From an uncultured virus (IMG/VR IMGVR_UViG_3300026154_000024) (taxonomy: Duplodnaviria > Heunggongvirae > Uroviricota > Caudoviricetes): DNA of 64,000 bases. The stretch lies in IMG/VR virus record IMGVR_UViG_3300026154_000024; one strand, written 5' to 3'. The notes under the pieces are model-generated. The model saw nothing but the letters and a program-made list of their open reading frames with translations. It had not been told where the DNA came from and ran no database searches. Positions 10,701-18,825 of this stretch are shown here, piece after piece (position 1 is the stretch's first letter; each line of letters starts with the position of its first letter). A program made the position numbers and the translations under genes.

Positions 10701-11980
10701 CAGTTTGGATGGATATTGACTATGGTAACACGCTTAACGCACAAAGCGGTCGTGACGAAAATGACGAAAAACATATATGCCTTGCACAAGGAACACTTAT
10801 CCTTACGAAGCGTGGATACGTTCCTATAGAAAATGTTGAGATTGGCGACGAAACAATTACACACATGGGACGATGGCGCAAGATTGTGGCTAAGGCTAAG
10901 ACTAAAGAAAATGCACAAGTGGTCAAAGTGAATGCTGTCGGTGTTCCCAACTTGATATGTACTCCAAATCACAAACTATGGGCAAGAGAAGGAATTTTCG
11001 TAGGACGTGACAAACATTTTTCAACAAGCCCCAATTGGGTTGAGTCAAAGGATACAAAGGGAATGTACATTAACCAAAAACTACCAGATATTGTAGATAG
11101 TCCTATTACTGAGGATGAATGGTGGGTTATTGGTCGTTGGGTTGCCGATGGTCATATAGATGCTCGTGGGCATCAATTCTTTGTCTCAATTGGCGATAGC
11201 AAATTTGTCGAATTTAATAATCATGCAAGCAAGTTCATAGGTCATATATCTCATAACGACAAATGTAATTGCACGCAAATCGGGTTGGTAAATCTATCGG
11301 ATGATGCAAGAAACATTCTTTATAAATGTGGAAAAGGTGCAGAAAACAAGGTGATTCCATTTGAAATTATATCACTAAATCAACAACTTGCAAAGTCGTT
11401 TTTGGATGGATATTTATCTGGTGACGGTTGCAACATTGATGGTAAGATATACTTTTCATCTGCATCACGTTCGTTACTGCTTGGAATTTCTTTGATTGTT
11501 CACCGTGTTTACAACAAGCAAATGGCTATTTATGCGGGACGTGGCGAACGTGTCAAGGAAATACAAGGTCGATTGGTGAATTGCAAGCAAGAGTGGGTTG
11601 GTGTTCTTTCTCAAAACTACGGTTTTTCCAAATTTGATGAACAAGGTTGTTGGAAACCCATAAAAAGCATTGATGAACATGAAAATGTCGATGTTTGGAA
11701 TATAGAAGTAGAAGAAGACCATTCATACACCGCAGAAGGTTGTATTGTTAAGAACTGTCCGTTGCAACTCGAAACGATTGAACGGTCTATTACCCTTTGG
11801 TCAAATGAGGGTGATACGGTTCTTACGCCTTTTATGGGTATTGGCAGCGAAGTGTACGAAGCTGTAAAACTAAAGCGTTTCGGCATCGGATTTGAATTGA
11901 AAGATAGTTACTTTGCTGAGGCTGTTAAAAACGTCAAGTCAATGGAAATGCAAGTAAAACAAAAAGGGCTTTTTGTTTGA
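7775..11980 (+). CDS. SNF2/SF2 helicase fused to beta-class N4C/N6A DNA methyltransferase, containing two inteins
   Basis: Walker A GLGK|T, LDESS, TATPSPN, QGIRRSYRFGQ; MTase IFSPPF and VLTPFMGIGSE. Confidence 0.9.
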   Translation: MTEQEVKDYNAFLEQKKQTRIESGFQVEESELNPMLFDFQKYCVRRALQSGKFAMFEDCGLGKEQPYSEPVLTPNGYALMGDLKVGDFVVARNGKPTRILNIYEQGEKNVYRVTFSDGTSTRCGLEHLWNVKTLNDVSRKRGYRTLPLKDIMKNYVTERIDNRYPDKKRKAYNYSVPVCDAVVFANNGGVTINPYILGVIIGDGCISQHSVSISKPNRELRQKVQSLVQNGDIVTDFASDGMTFRISNKVSNQPSWTKCELEKLGLMGKLSKEKFIPNPYLYASVQDRKDLLQGLVDTDGHIVSDGLIEYSTASSQLCNDVSFLARSLGYIVHVVARKSYYKKGGEMFDNYRIYMYNDKARKLKSITNIELVGKEKCRCIYVDDTEHLYITNDFVVTHNTVQQLEWANKVVNHINKPVLILAPLAVVSQTIKEGEKFGYNVNEVIDRDDVFTPNENCIYITNYDNMEHVDAKAFGGIVLDESSILKNFQGKTRTKLIEDFRNTPYKLACTATPSPNDTTEICNHAEFLDVMSRNEMLAMYFVHDGGSTSEWRLKGHAIQAFWDFVSTWAVMLNKPSDIGYNDSGYSLPPLNVVQEIVETPKRDNGMLFNTMAVNATDFHKELRETYEIRLNRVVEIVNAHPQENFIIWIGQDNEGKYLRDRLPDAIEVKGSDSKAYKKEKLLGFGRGEFRLLITKLKIAQFGLNYQNCHNQIYASLDFSFEATYQGIRRSYRFGQTKKVNIYLITTDTMQNVKDSFDKKQKAFVSMQTSMTEATNRNIKNILSLKKMETTKQYTSDVCDIRLGDCVQLIQTIPDESVGFSIFSPPFAELYTYSDKLEDMGNSKDYNEFFAAFKYLVKELYRVMWSGRNVVVHCMDLPIQKGKEGYIGLRDFSGMILKAFEDVGFVYHSRVTIWKNPVTEMQRTKALGLLHKQVKKDASMSRVGIPDYLMVFRKDGEHLHPVQCNISVDTWQKYASPVWMDIDYGNTLNAQSGRDENDEKHICLAQGTLILTKRGYVPIENVEIGDETITHMGRWRKIVAKAKTKENAQVVKVNAVGVPNLICTPNHKLWAREGIFVGRDKHFSTSPNWVESKDTKGMYINQKLPDIVDSPITEDEWWVIGRWVADGHIDARGHQFFVSIGDSKFVEFNNHASKFIGHISHNDKCNCTQIGLVNLSDDARNILYKCGKGAENKVIPFEIISLNQQLAKSFLDGYLSGDGCNIDGKIYFSSASRSLLLGISLIVHRVYNKQMAIYAGRGERVKEIQGRLVNCKQEWVGVLSQNYGFSKFDEQGCWKPIKSIDEHENVDVWNIEVEEDHSYTAEGCIVKNCPLQLETIERSITLWSNEGDTVLTPFMGIGSEVYEAVKLKRFGIGFELKDSYFAEAVKNVKSMEMQVKQKGLFV
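7964..8971 (+). mobile_element. intein 1 (class 3-like, LAGLIDADG) in helicase Walker A
   Basis: GLGK|EQPYSEPVLTP...CGLEHLW...CRCIYV...FVVTHN|T; ILGVIIGDG and LQGLVDTDG. Confidence 0.88.
10778..11755 (+). mobile_element. intein 2 (class 1, LAGLIDADG) in methyltransferase KHI|CPLQ motif
   Basis: CLAQGTLILT...CTPNHKLW...VWNIEVEEDHSYTAEGCIVKN|C; IGRWVADG and FLDGYLSGDG. Confidence 0.9.
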
Positions 11981-12133
11981 TTTGTTAATTTAGTGTTAAA
12001 TATGTGTTTTTGTTTGGTGTATTCAAAATAAAGATGTACCTTTGCGCTTGATAAATTCTTTTGGATGAATACCTATAAATTAAACATTAAACATGAAAGG
12101 CCAAACCGTTGCGAAACGTAGTAGGCTAAACAT

Positions 12134-12204
12134 CGCGGCGGCAGTGTGATAGTCGCATGTTGGGTTCATAACCCAAAGGTGGGAGGCAGGTTCCACCGCC
12201 GCAA
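12134..12204 (+). tRNA. tRNA-Met(CAT)-like, initiator-type features but non-canonical D and T arms
   Basis: Acceptor CGCGGCG/CGCCGCA (C1:A72 mismatch), anticodon arm TTGGG-TTCATAA-CCCAA; no TTC loop. Confidence 0.55.
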
Positions 12205-12291
12205 CAACGGCATTTCAGTAACTTTTAGATTCATACTTGATAATAAATGAAGTTGTTTAGTGAAACGTTGTGAAACGGAGTAGCTTTTCTC

Positions 12292-12383
12292 GGAGGTGTA
12301 AACCTAATTGCTAAGGTAGCGGTCTTGAAAACCGCCAGTAGTCGTGTAACAGCGGCGTGTGAGTTGGAATCTCACCACCTCCT
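12292..12383 (+). tRNA. tRNA-Ser(TGA)
   Basis: GGAGGTG/CACCTCC acceptor, GCGGT-CTTGAAA-ACCGC, long variable arm, T arm GTGAG-TTGGAAT-CTCAC. Confidence 0.8.
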
Positions 12384-12390
12384 CAAAAAT

Positions 12391-12477
12391 GGAGAGTAAT
12401 GCTTGATGGTGATAGCGTCTACCTGCTAAGTAGTTCGTTCGTGGATAACGGATATGGTTCGATTCCATTGCTCTCCG
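12391..12477 (+). tRNA. tRNA-Ser(GCT)
   Basis: GGAGAGT/GCTCTCC acceptor, CTAC-CTGCTAA-GTAG, long variable arm, GGTTCGATTCC. Confidence 0.85.
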
Positions 12478-12488
12478 CAAAAAAGATT

Positions 12489-12559
12489 GGGAATCTGGTG
12501 TAACGGTTGCACGTTTGAATTTGGCTCAAAAGGAGGGGTTTCGACTACCTCGTTTCCTA
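12489..12559 (+). tRNA. tRNA-Gln(TTG)
   Basis: GTGT/GCAC D stem, TTTGA-ATTTGGC-TCAAA, GGGGT-TTCGACT-ACCTC. Confidence 0.75.
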
Positions 12560-12598
12560 CAAAAAAACGTTTTATTTTTTTTAATTCATAAAGAAAGT

Positions 12599-13762
12599 AT
12601 GAAGATTATCAAATTTCAAACCGAGGATTTTTTGCCCTCACTTGCAATGGTCAACACCGTTGTATTAACAAAAAATTCATTGCCAATTTTGTCAGATGTA
12701 CGTATCGAAACAAAGGCCGACGGAAACGGTGGCACGTATGCCGAATTGATGACAAGTGATTCGGAAACGTGGTTGCAAATGAAAGCACCTTTGACAGAGG
12801 CCGAGGTAGGTATAGTTATTTGTATCGAGGCCAAAGGATTGCTACAAGCCTTGCGTAATCTTGGTGGTAAGCCCGTGACAATGGAAATTGACGATTCAAA
12901 GCACATCGTAAAATGTGACTACGGAAACGGTCATTTCTTGTTGCCTTACGAAGACGCGCAGGATTTCCCGTTGCCTATGGCAGCACCCGATGGCGCAAAG
13001 ACAAAGTTGATGGATGCAAAGAAAATGCTTACGGCCATTGAAAAGGCTGGCTTTGCTACCGCCAACGATGAACTACGACCTGTGATGAATGGTGTACGTT
13101 TTGAGTTCTTTGCCGATGGCATGGTAGCCGTTGCATCCGATGGTCATAAACTTGCTAAACACAAGGATTTGACCATTACGTACGATAATAGCGAAGACCA
13201 AACGGTTTACGGATTTACGATGCCTAAAAAGCCGTGTTCTACGTTGCTTAACGTGTTGGGTAGTACAGTTGCAGGTGATATTAAGGTTATGTTCAATGAC
13301 AGTTATTTTACCGTCAATAACACCCAATTCAAGATGTCGGCGCGTCTTATCGAAGGCCGCTATCCGAACTATGATAGCGTAATTCCAAAGGACAATAACC
13401 GCATCGTTACCATCGCAAAGAATGATTTTGTAGCCGCTTTGAAACGTGTGTTGCCTATGGGTAATGCAAATAGCGAATTGGTTGCATTGTCATTTAGCAT
13501 GGGTATGATGACGATTTCTGCCGAGGATTTCGACTTTAGCAAGTCCGCATCGGAAAACGTAGGTTGCGACTATGCACAAGAGGAATTTACCATCGGTTTC
13601 AAGGGTAGCACATTGTTGCAGTTACTCCAAAACATCGACACCGATAACGTAAAGGTCATGTTGAAAGACCCAAGCCGTGCAGGTGTGCTTTGCGAGGATA
13701 AGCCAAACGGTGTGTATGAATACACGTCGCTTATCATGCCGATGCTAATCCAAAACGATTAA
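12599..13762 (+). CDS. dnaN: DNA polymerase III beta sliding clamp
   Basis: NSLPILS, DELRPVMNGV, VASDGHKLA, RLIEGRYPNY..VIP, IGFK..LL..L, LIMPM; true ATG lies after tRNA-Gln. Confidence 0.95.
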   Translation: MKIIKFQTEDFLPSLAMVNTVVLTKNSLPILSDVRIETKADGNGGTYAELMTSDSETWLQMKAPLTEAEVGIVICIEAKGLLQALRNLGGKPVTMEIDDSKHIVKCDYGNGHFLLPYEDAQDFPLPMAAPDGAKTKLMDAKKMLTAIEKAGFATANDELRPVMNGVRFEFFADGMVAVASDGHKLAKHKDLTITYDNSEDQTVYGFTMPKKPCSTLLNVLGSTVAGDIKVMFNDSYFTVNNTQFKMSARLIEGRYPNYDSVIPKDNNRIVTIAKNDFVAALKRVLPMGNANSELVALSFSMGMMTISAEDFDFSKSASENVGCDYAQEEFTIGFKGSTLLQLLQNIDTDNVKVMLKDPSRAGVLCEDKPNGVYEYTSLIMPMLIQND

Positions 13763-13767
13763 GCAAT

Positions 13768-14109
13768 ATGAGTAGTAACACACCAACACTTATGCAAAGT
13801 GAAGAAGAACGTGCTCCTTGGAATGATAATATTGACGTTATCGAAATGGATAAGGAAATAGATGTCGAATACATCTTGCAAAAACATAACGTTAATGTTG
13901 TTACAACAGGCGATGACGACGATTTGGAAGAATGCTACAACGAAAAGCATTATACCGTACTTGAATTGTTAGGCGAACTTGAATCGTATATCAAGCAAGA
14001 TTTGGAACGGTATAAAGGAAGTGCAACCAAGGAACGCCAACTAAAGGAAATGTTAGAGGATTGCCAAGGTTGGGAAATGTACGACAAATCTTATAGCGAA
14101 TCGGAATGA
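13768..14109 (+). CDS. hypothetical acidic protein
   Basis: 113-aa ORF in operon. Confidence 0.65.
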   Translation: MSSNTPTLMQSEEERAPWNDNIDVIEMDKEIDVEYILQKHNVNVVTTGDDDDLEECYNEKHYTVLELLGELESYIKQDLERYKGSATKERQLKEMLEDCQGWEMYDKSYSESE

Positions 14110-14534
14110 CTAACGGCGAATACATAAACGGTTACGTCGAAAGGAAGGCGGGAGGCGAATACACGGGGATTGTCAAAATCGAGGGTATTGACCTTTCGCC
14201 GATTATAGCACAATATTTCAAGCAAGATGGCGAAAACTATCTTTGGTTACGCCGTAAGCCGCTACTTGAATATGACATGCAAGCACAAAAGTACAACAAA
14301 AGGGAACGCGAGCCACGATTTGAGGTGTATATGAAAAAGCAAGTCGATGGCGGCACGTTTGCATACGTTGGAGAATTTTTGTTCATGCGGTTAAAATTTA
14401 AGATAGTTGGCATTTGGGATAATGTGCTTGGGCGAGACACGAAACGCCTAAACCTTTTCATTGACCGTTTACCAATGTCAGAACAAACTATTATCAATGG
14501 CATAAAAGAAAGAAAAAGGAATGAAAAGCGATAA
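14106..14534 (+). CDS. hypothetical protein
   Basis: ATGA overlap, 142 aa. Confidence 0.65.
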   Translation: MTNGEYINGYVERKAGGEYTGIVKIEGIDLSPIIAQYFKQDGENYLWLRRKPLLEYDMQAQKYNKREREPRFEVYMKKQVDGGTFAYVGEFLFMRLKFKIVGIWDNVLGRDTKRLNLFIDRLPMSEQTIINGIKERKRNEKR

Positions 14535-15009
14535 TGAAATAGCACAAGACTTGAAAGATATTGACCAACAAACGGTTGACGTTGTATGTGACCTTTTGCG
14601 GCAATACAGCACAAAGACAAGCATGTATCTTGCAAACATGGTTGCATCCGTGTGTGATGTCGATGTTGACGAAATGCTCGCGGACACCAAGCACATACAA
14701 AATTCTCATGCCCGTTGGTTCTTTTGGTTCGCATACCGCTATATGACAAACGAAAACTACGATAGCATTGCGCGTAAGACTGGAACAAAACGAAAGTTCA
14801 CGGTTGGAAGCATCGGATATTGTATTAGTAAGATGTCGATGATGGTAGATTCGGAGCCTATATGGGTCAAGCGTTGGACTATCATTAAGCGCGTCATCAA
14901 GGCCATTCTTGATAATGGTAGCCTTACGACGGATAAACTACCTACGACAATAACGTTAAAGGTAATACCGCCAAGTGGTGTAGATGTAAAGTTACAACTT
15001 ATTCAATAA
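14521..15009 (+). CDS. hypothetical protein, possible DnaA-C-terminal-like HTH
   Basis: SHARWFFWFAYRY...YDSIARK pattern. Confidence 0.5.
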   Translation: MKSDNEIAQDLKDIDQQTVDVVCDLLRQYSTKTSMYLANMVASVCDVDVDEMLADTKHIQNSHARWFFWFAYRYMTNENYDSIARKTGTKRKFTVGSIGYCISKMSMMVDSEPIWVKRWTIIKRVIKAILDNGSLTTDKLPTTITLKVIPPSGVDVKLQLIQ

Positions 15010-15028
15010 ACCCCAAAAACAAATAATT

Positions 15029-15442
15029 ATGATTCACGAAAGCAAAATTGCGTTTACGCGAGTAGATGACAACGGTAACGACAAAGCGATTAAGGAACGT
15101 TACCTTATTGCCGAGGCCGAAAGTTTCGGTGATGCAGAAGAACAAACATACGATTTCTGCGATGGCGAAACAGGTCTTGATGTCATTGATGTCAAGCGGT
15201 CAAAGTTGAAGGAAATTCTTAACAAAAGGAATAGCGATGATGATGCGATATGGATTGCTGAACTGCAAGATGTGTTTACAAATGATGACGGAGATGAAAA
15301 ATATATCGTGTACAAAGTTGCGTTCTTTGCCAAAACATTTGACTCAGCTATGGCATATATCACTGAATATATGAAACAAGGGTACAATCTTGAACTTGTG
15401 TCTATTAAGAAATCAAAGATAGCAGATGTAATTGTTGTATGA
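15029..15442 (+). CDS. DUF4494-like Bacteroidota protein
   Basis: K.IKERYLIAEAESFGDAE..., SIKKSKIADV. Confidence 0.7.
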   Translation: MIHESKIAFTRVDDNGNDKAIKERYLIAEAESFGDAEEQTYDFCDGETGLDVIDVKRSKLKEILNKRNSDDDAIWIAELQDVFTNDDGDEKYIVYKVAFFAKTFDSAMAYITEYMKQGYNLELVSIKKSKIADVIVV

Positions 15443-15843
15443 AGCACGAACAAATAATATACGGGAACGCTCCGTCAAAGGCTAATCAATATAAGATTAT
15501 TACTTTGGGTGGTCATGGTAGCCTTGCAAAGACACAAGCATTAAAGGAATATGAACAAAAGTTCTATTTGCAATGCGGTGCTTATAGAAACAAGAATATA
15601 CAAGGATTTTTTGAATTGTACGTTGACGTGTATTTTTCAAGCAACCGACCTGATTTGGATAACGCATTGAAATCAACGCTTGATTGCCTGCAAATGTGTA
15701 AGGCTATCACAAATGATAGAAATTGCGTGAAAATCGTTGCCAACAAATTCATTGACCGTATAAGACCAAGACTTGAATTTACAATTGTTGAGGTTAAAGG
15801 AATACAAGAAAAAGATAGTAAACCTCCAGAATTGTTTGAATAA
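15439..15843 (+). CDS. rusA: RusA-family Holliday junction resolvase
   Basis: PSKAN, RPDLDNALKSTLDCL, ITNDRNCV, PRLEF. Confidence 0.85.
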   Translation: MKHEQIIYGNAPSKANQYKIITLGGHGSLAKTQALKEYEQKFYLQCGAYRNKNIQGFFELYVDVYFSSNRPDLDNALKSTLDCLQMCKAITNDRNCVKIVANKFIDRIRPRLEFTIVEVKGIQEKDSKPPELFE

Positions 15844-15890
15844 AATATGCAATTTTTGTTTGTTTACCAAAAAACATGTATCTTTGCAAC

Positions 15891-15984
15891 GTGGATAGTT
15901 GGGGGTCATGTCCCAATGACAAGAGTGTTCCGATGGCTCTTCCACGTTTTTCAATTCCATCGGAGTTTTAAACATTGGGAAAGT
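15891..15984 (+). ncRNA. structured endonuclease-leader RNA, copy 2
   Basis: GTGGA-TAG-TTGGG/CCCAA-TGAC-AAGAGT(GTTCCGATG)GCTCTT-CCAC; loop pairs with CATCGGAG 15958-15965 and CATTGGGA 15973-15980. Confidence 0.8.
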
Positions 15985-16788
15985 ATGGCAAGTACAAAAA
16001 AAAAGACTCTTGAAGAGTTTATTGCAGATGCAAGAAAAGTTCACGGTGATAAGTACAATTATTCGCTTATTACAGAATACGTAAACAACAAAACAAAAGT
16101 ACCAATCAAATGTAATCGTTGTGGTGAAGTGTTTTGGTGTAAACCTAACGTCCATCTAAACGGGTGCAATTGCCCTAATTGTTGGGCGAAGGAAAAGCCC
16201 CAGTTTGGCAAAAGAAAACTTGTTTACAAGGTCGCTACTTTAGATATAGATTTTGCAAGCAATGCGGATGATATAACACACAAAGCGTATGGTGTTTGGT
16301 ATAATATGTTACAGCGTTGTTATTATAAAAAATACCAAGAATCACACCCAACATACATAGGCTGTACAGTATGTGATGAATGGCTATATTTTTCAAACTT
16401 TCTAAATTGGTTTAAGAAAAACTACATAGATGGATATGTGGCTGATAAAGACTTACTTGTTTCTGGAAATAAAATATATTCCCCAAGCACCTGTTGTATG
16501 ATACCAAGCGAAATTAACGCAATGATTGTAACACGTCGTAGGAAAAGTAGTCGTTTTGGAAAAGGCGTATCAATAACACGAAAAGGTAGATTCGCAGCGT
16601 TTTTGGTAAAGCATAACAAAACTTATAATTTAGGACACTTTGACACAATAGAAGAATCGTTTGAAGCATATAAGCAAGGCAAAGTTGCTTATGTCAGAAA
16701 AGTAGCTGATGCCTATTTTAAGGACGAAAAAATAACAAAAGAAGTGTACGATGCACTTTATAGATATGAACCAAAGTTTAAAGATTAA
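15985..16788 (+). CDS. homing-endonuclease-like protein (HGDKYNYS zinc repeat + HNH-like core + AP2-like C-term)
   Basis: WYNMLQRCY, TYIGCTVCDEWLYFSNF, DKDLL..GNKIYSPSTCCMIP.EIN, LGHFDT.EE.F.AYK. Confidence 0.8.
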   Translation: MASTKKKTLEEFIADARKVHGDKYNYSLITEYVNNKTKVPIKCNRCGEVFWCKPNVHLNGCNCPNCWAKEKPQFGKRKLVYKVATLDIDFASNADDITHKAYGVWYNMLQRCYYKKYQESHPTYIGCTVCDEWLYFSNFLNWFKKNYIDGYVADKDLLVSGNKIYSPSTCCMIPSEINAMIVTRRRKSSRFGKGVSITRKGRFAAFLVKHNKTYNLGHFDTIEESFEAYKQGKVAYVRKVADAYFKDEKITKEVYDALYRYEPKFKD

Positions 16789-16793
16789 GGATT

Positions 16794-17414
16794 ATGTTTG
16801 ATTTTAGAGATTGTTTTGACCGCCTCCATGTTAGAGGTGTAAGATTTGACGAAAAGGAATATATGTTTGTTGCGATGGTATGCGCAGGCGAAGACGCTTC
16901 CGTTTCGTATGGTCTTGTTTATGACATTGAAAACTTTAAACGCAACATACCAAGCGAACACGAAGAGGAATATCTGCGAGAATTACAGCCAAAAGCGGAC
17001 GTGCTTTTGCAACAGCAAGAATGCGTCCAGTTAAGGGAACTTATAGAAGAGTCCATTCGCGCAGAGATTCAGACAAAGGCCACAGATATTAAGACCTACA
17101 AGTTTTCTTCACAAGAGATTGTTAATATGCTTTCTGCACTTCTTGCAGACCGAAGTAGTGAAATTTCAGAGGCAAGTGTCAGAGATATTGTAAGCCTAAT
17201 TCGAGAACTCGCGAGCTTAGGTGGATTGAGTGGCTCGGACGGCTTTGGTATGCACTTTATTCAATGCCACGACCCGTTTAATTCTTTATGCATCAAATGC
17301 GGTCACGAATTTGATTCATACGCTGGTATGGACTGTGTGTGTCCGTTTTGCCACCAAGTTTACAAGTGGTCAGAAGAGGAACGCCGATTCTACCCACAAC
17401 CAAATAAACTCTAA
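16794..17414 (+). CDS. hypothetical protein with C-terminal zinc ribbon (possible small terminase)
   Basis: CIKC..CPFC; helical middle; TerS is a guess. Confidence 0.5.
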   Translation: MFDFRDCFDRLHVRGVRFDEKEYMFVAMVCAGEDASVSYGLVYDIENFKRNIPSEHEEEYLRELQPKADVLLQQQECVQLRELIEESIRAEIQTKATDIKTYKFSSQEIVNMLSALLADRSSEISEASVRDIVSLIRELASLGGLSGSDGFGMHFIQCHDPFNSLCIKCGHEFDSYAGMDCVCPFCHQVYKWSEEERRFYPQPNKL

Positions 17415-17440
17415 AAATATGTTACACCCCTTTTGGGTTA

Positions 17441-17493
17441 TTCCCTATCCCTAAACCTCGATTAACTGATAATCTCGATAAAGGGATAAGGAA
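17441..17493. terminator. inverted repeat between convergent genes (terminator and/or DGR cis hairpin)
   Basis: TTCCCTATCCCT ... AGGGATAAGGAA. Confidence 0.6.
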
Positions 17494-17509
17494 CTAAAGG
17501 GATAAATCG

Positions 17510-18241
17510 TTAATAAAGTGCTGAGACAGGGCGAACACTGTACTCACCCGTCTTGTAGTTGCCGGCGAAAACTCCACCGTAGAAATTCAGATACCAAGCA
17601 TTCGTAGCAGAGAGCTCGGTACTCGACCAATACGTTTGACTATGGTCCAATGCCGTACCTCCGATTTGAGCGAGAATGCGGTTGACCTCGAGCAAGTGCG
17701 ACCAAATCATCCACAACTCACCTGCGCTTGGTAGCCACCAACGACCTGCACCGACGAAAGCGTTAGCCGCATTGACGTTTGACGGGTAGTATTCTTTACA
17801 ATACTTAGCCGCAGGTGCATTCTCGCCAAGGGTGGTGATGATTGTTGACGTGTTAGCGCGACCGCCCATGTCGGCAATTGCGGCCTCGCGTCCTTTTGCG
17901 GTAGTACCGCCAGTGACTTGTGACGTTGCCCACTGGGTAGATGCTTGTAGGTCTTTGGCTACGATGATAAGTTTGCCGCATTCTTGTATCCACACGCCAA
18001 CTGCGACTGATGCCTTAGACAAGGCATCGTCTGGTTGACGGAAACGAAGATAATCCGATTCATAGACGGCCACACCAACATTAGCGGTGAACAAAGGCTG
18101 CTTCTTGAAAAGGTTATCTGGCGTATCAGAACCGATGGGGTTACCTGATGCGTCAAGGAGTGGAATACGTGACGTTTCGGCAGCTGCCGTTGTGCCTTGT
18201 GTGTAGAACCACTTTTTCAATGAATCTTTAAATGTTCCCAT
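17510..18241 (-). CDS. C-type-lectin-fold (DUF1566-like) protein, DGR-target type receptor-binding protein
   Basis: WWLPSAGEL...YWSSTE.SATNAWYLNF..G......K......VRPVSA. Confidence 0.85.
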   Translation of the reverse strand: MGTFKDSLKKWFYTQGTTAAAETSRIPLLDASGNPIGSDTPDNLFKKQPLFTANVGVAVYESDYLRFRQPDDALSKASVAVGVWIQECGKLIIVAKDLQASTQWATSQVTGGTTAKGREAAIADMGGRANTSTIITTLGENAPAAKYCKEYYPSNVNAANAFVGAGRWWLPSAGELWMIWSHLLEVNRILAQIGGTALDHSQTYWSSTELSATNAWYLNFYGGVFAGNYKTGEYSVRPVSALY

Positions 18242-18378
18242 AATTTTTATTTTTAATTTTAAATTTTTAATAAGTGTATAAAAACGTTTTTATTGATTTT
18301 GCGTGTGCAAAGATACGAAGTATTTTGCATTATGCCAAACCTTTTAACTATGTTTTGTAATATTGTCAACGAATTTGT

Positions 18379-18804
18379 TTATTTGCGATGATACGTTTTT
18401 CGGAAAAGATACTTCCACGATGCAAACAAATGACGGTTTTTTATGTACGTCAAATCGTTTTCGTTCAAGTATGCCTCCTGTTCAAAACTTATATTCCGAT
18501 ATGCCTCGCGTGTATCAAATCCGTAGCAAATCCACCTCACAATGTATTCAAGGCCGTATAGCGCGAAATACACCAAGGGGCTTGCAAGTACCCACCACCA
18601 AGAAAAAAGACCGACAGCGGCCAAAAGAACGGTCAATATCAATGCCACGATATGCGTTTCTATTTGTTGCACACCATGTATCTTTTCATGGTTAATGTCC
18701 TTTACGGTAAGGTTACGTGCATCTTTCCGCACAAATATGAACGGAAAGACACACATTGCTAAGTAACCTTTGAACGGTATGATGTAGTTATATACTATTT
18801 TCAT
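18379..18804 (-). CDS. membrane protein with HExxH motif
   Basis: INHEKIHGVQQ, TM segments, AYRNISFEQEAY. Confidence 0.7.
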   Translation of the reverse strand: MKIVYNYIIPFKGYLAMCVFPFIFVRKDARNLTVKDINHEKIHGVQQIETHIVALILTVLLAAVGLFSWWWVLASPLVYFALYGLEYIVRWICYGFDTREAYRNISFEQEAYLNENDLTYIKNRHLFASWKYLFRKTYHRK

Positions 18805-18825
18805 AATTTTATAAGTTGTTTTTGT

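Noticed and set aside
12515..12598. N-terminal extension of DnaN from a TTG start
   Set aside because: Overlaps tRNA-Gln; homology starts at ATG 12599.
15847..15984. N-terminal extensions of nuclease ORFs (also 4291-4347, 45882-46010)
   Set aside because: They span the promoter and structured RNA leader; the downstream ATGs fit better.
17510..18241. Complete DGR
   Set aside because: No reverse transcriptase, Avd or template repeat found in the window.
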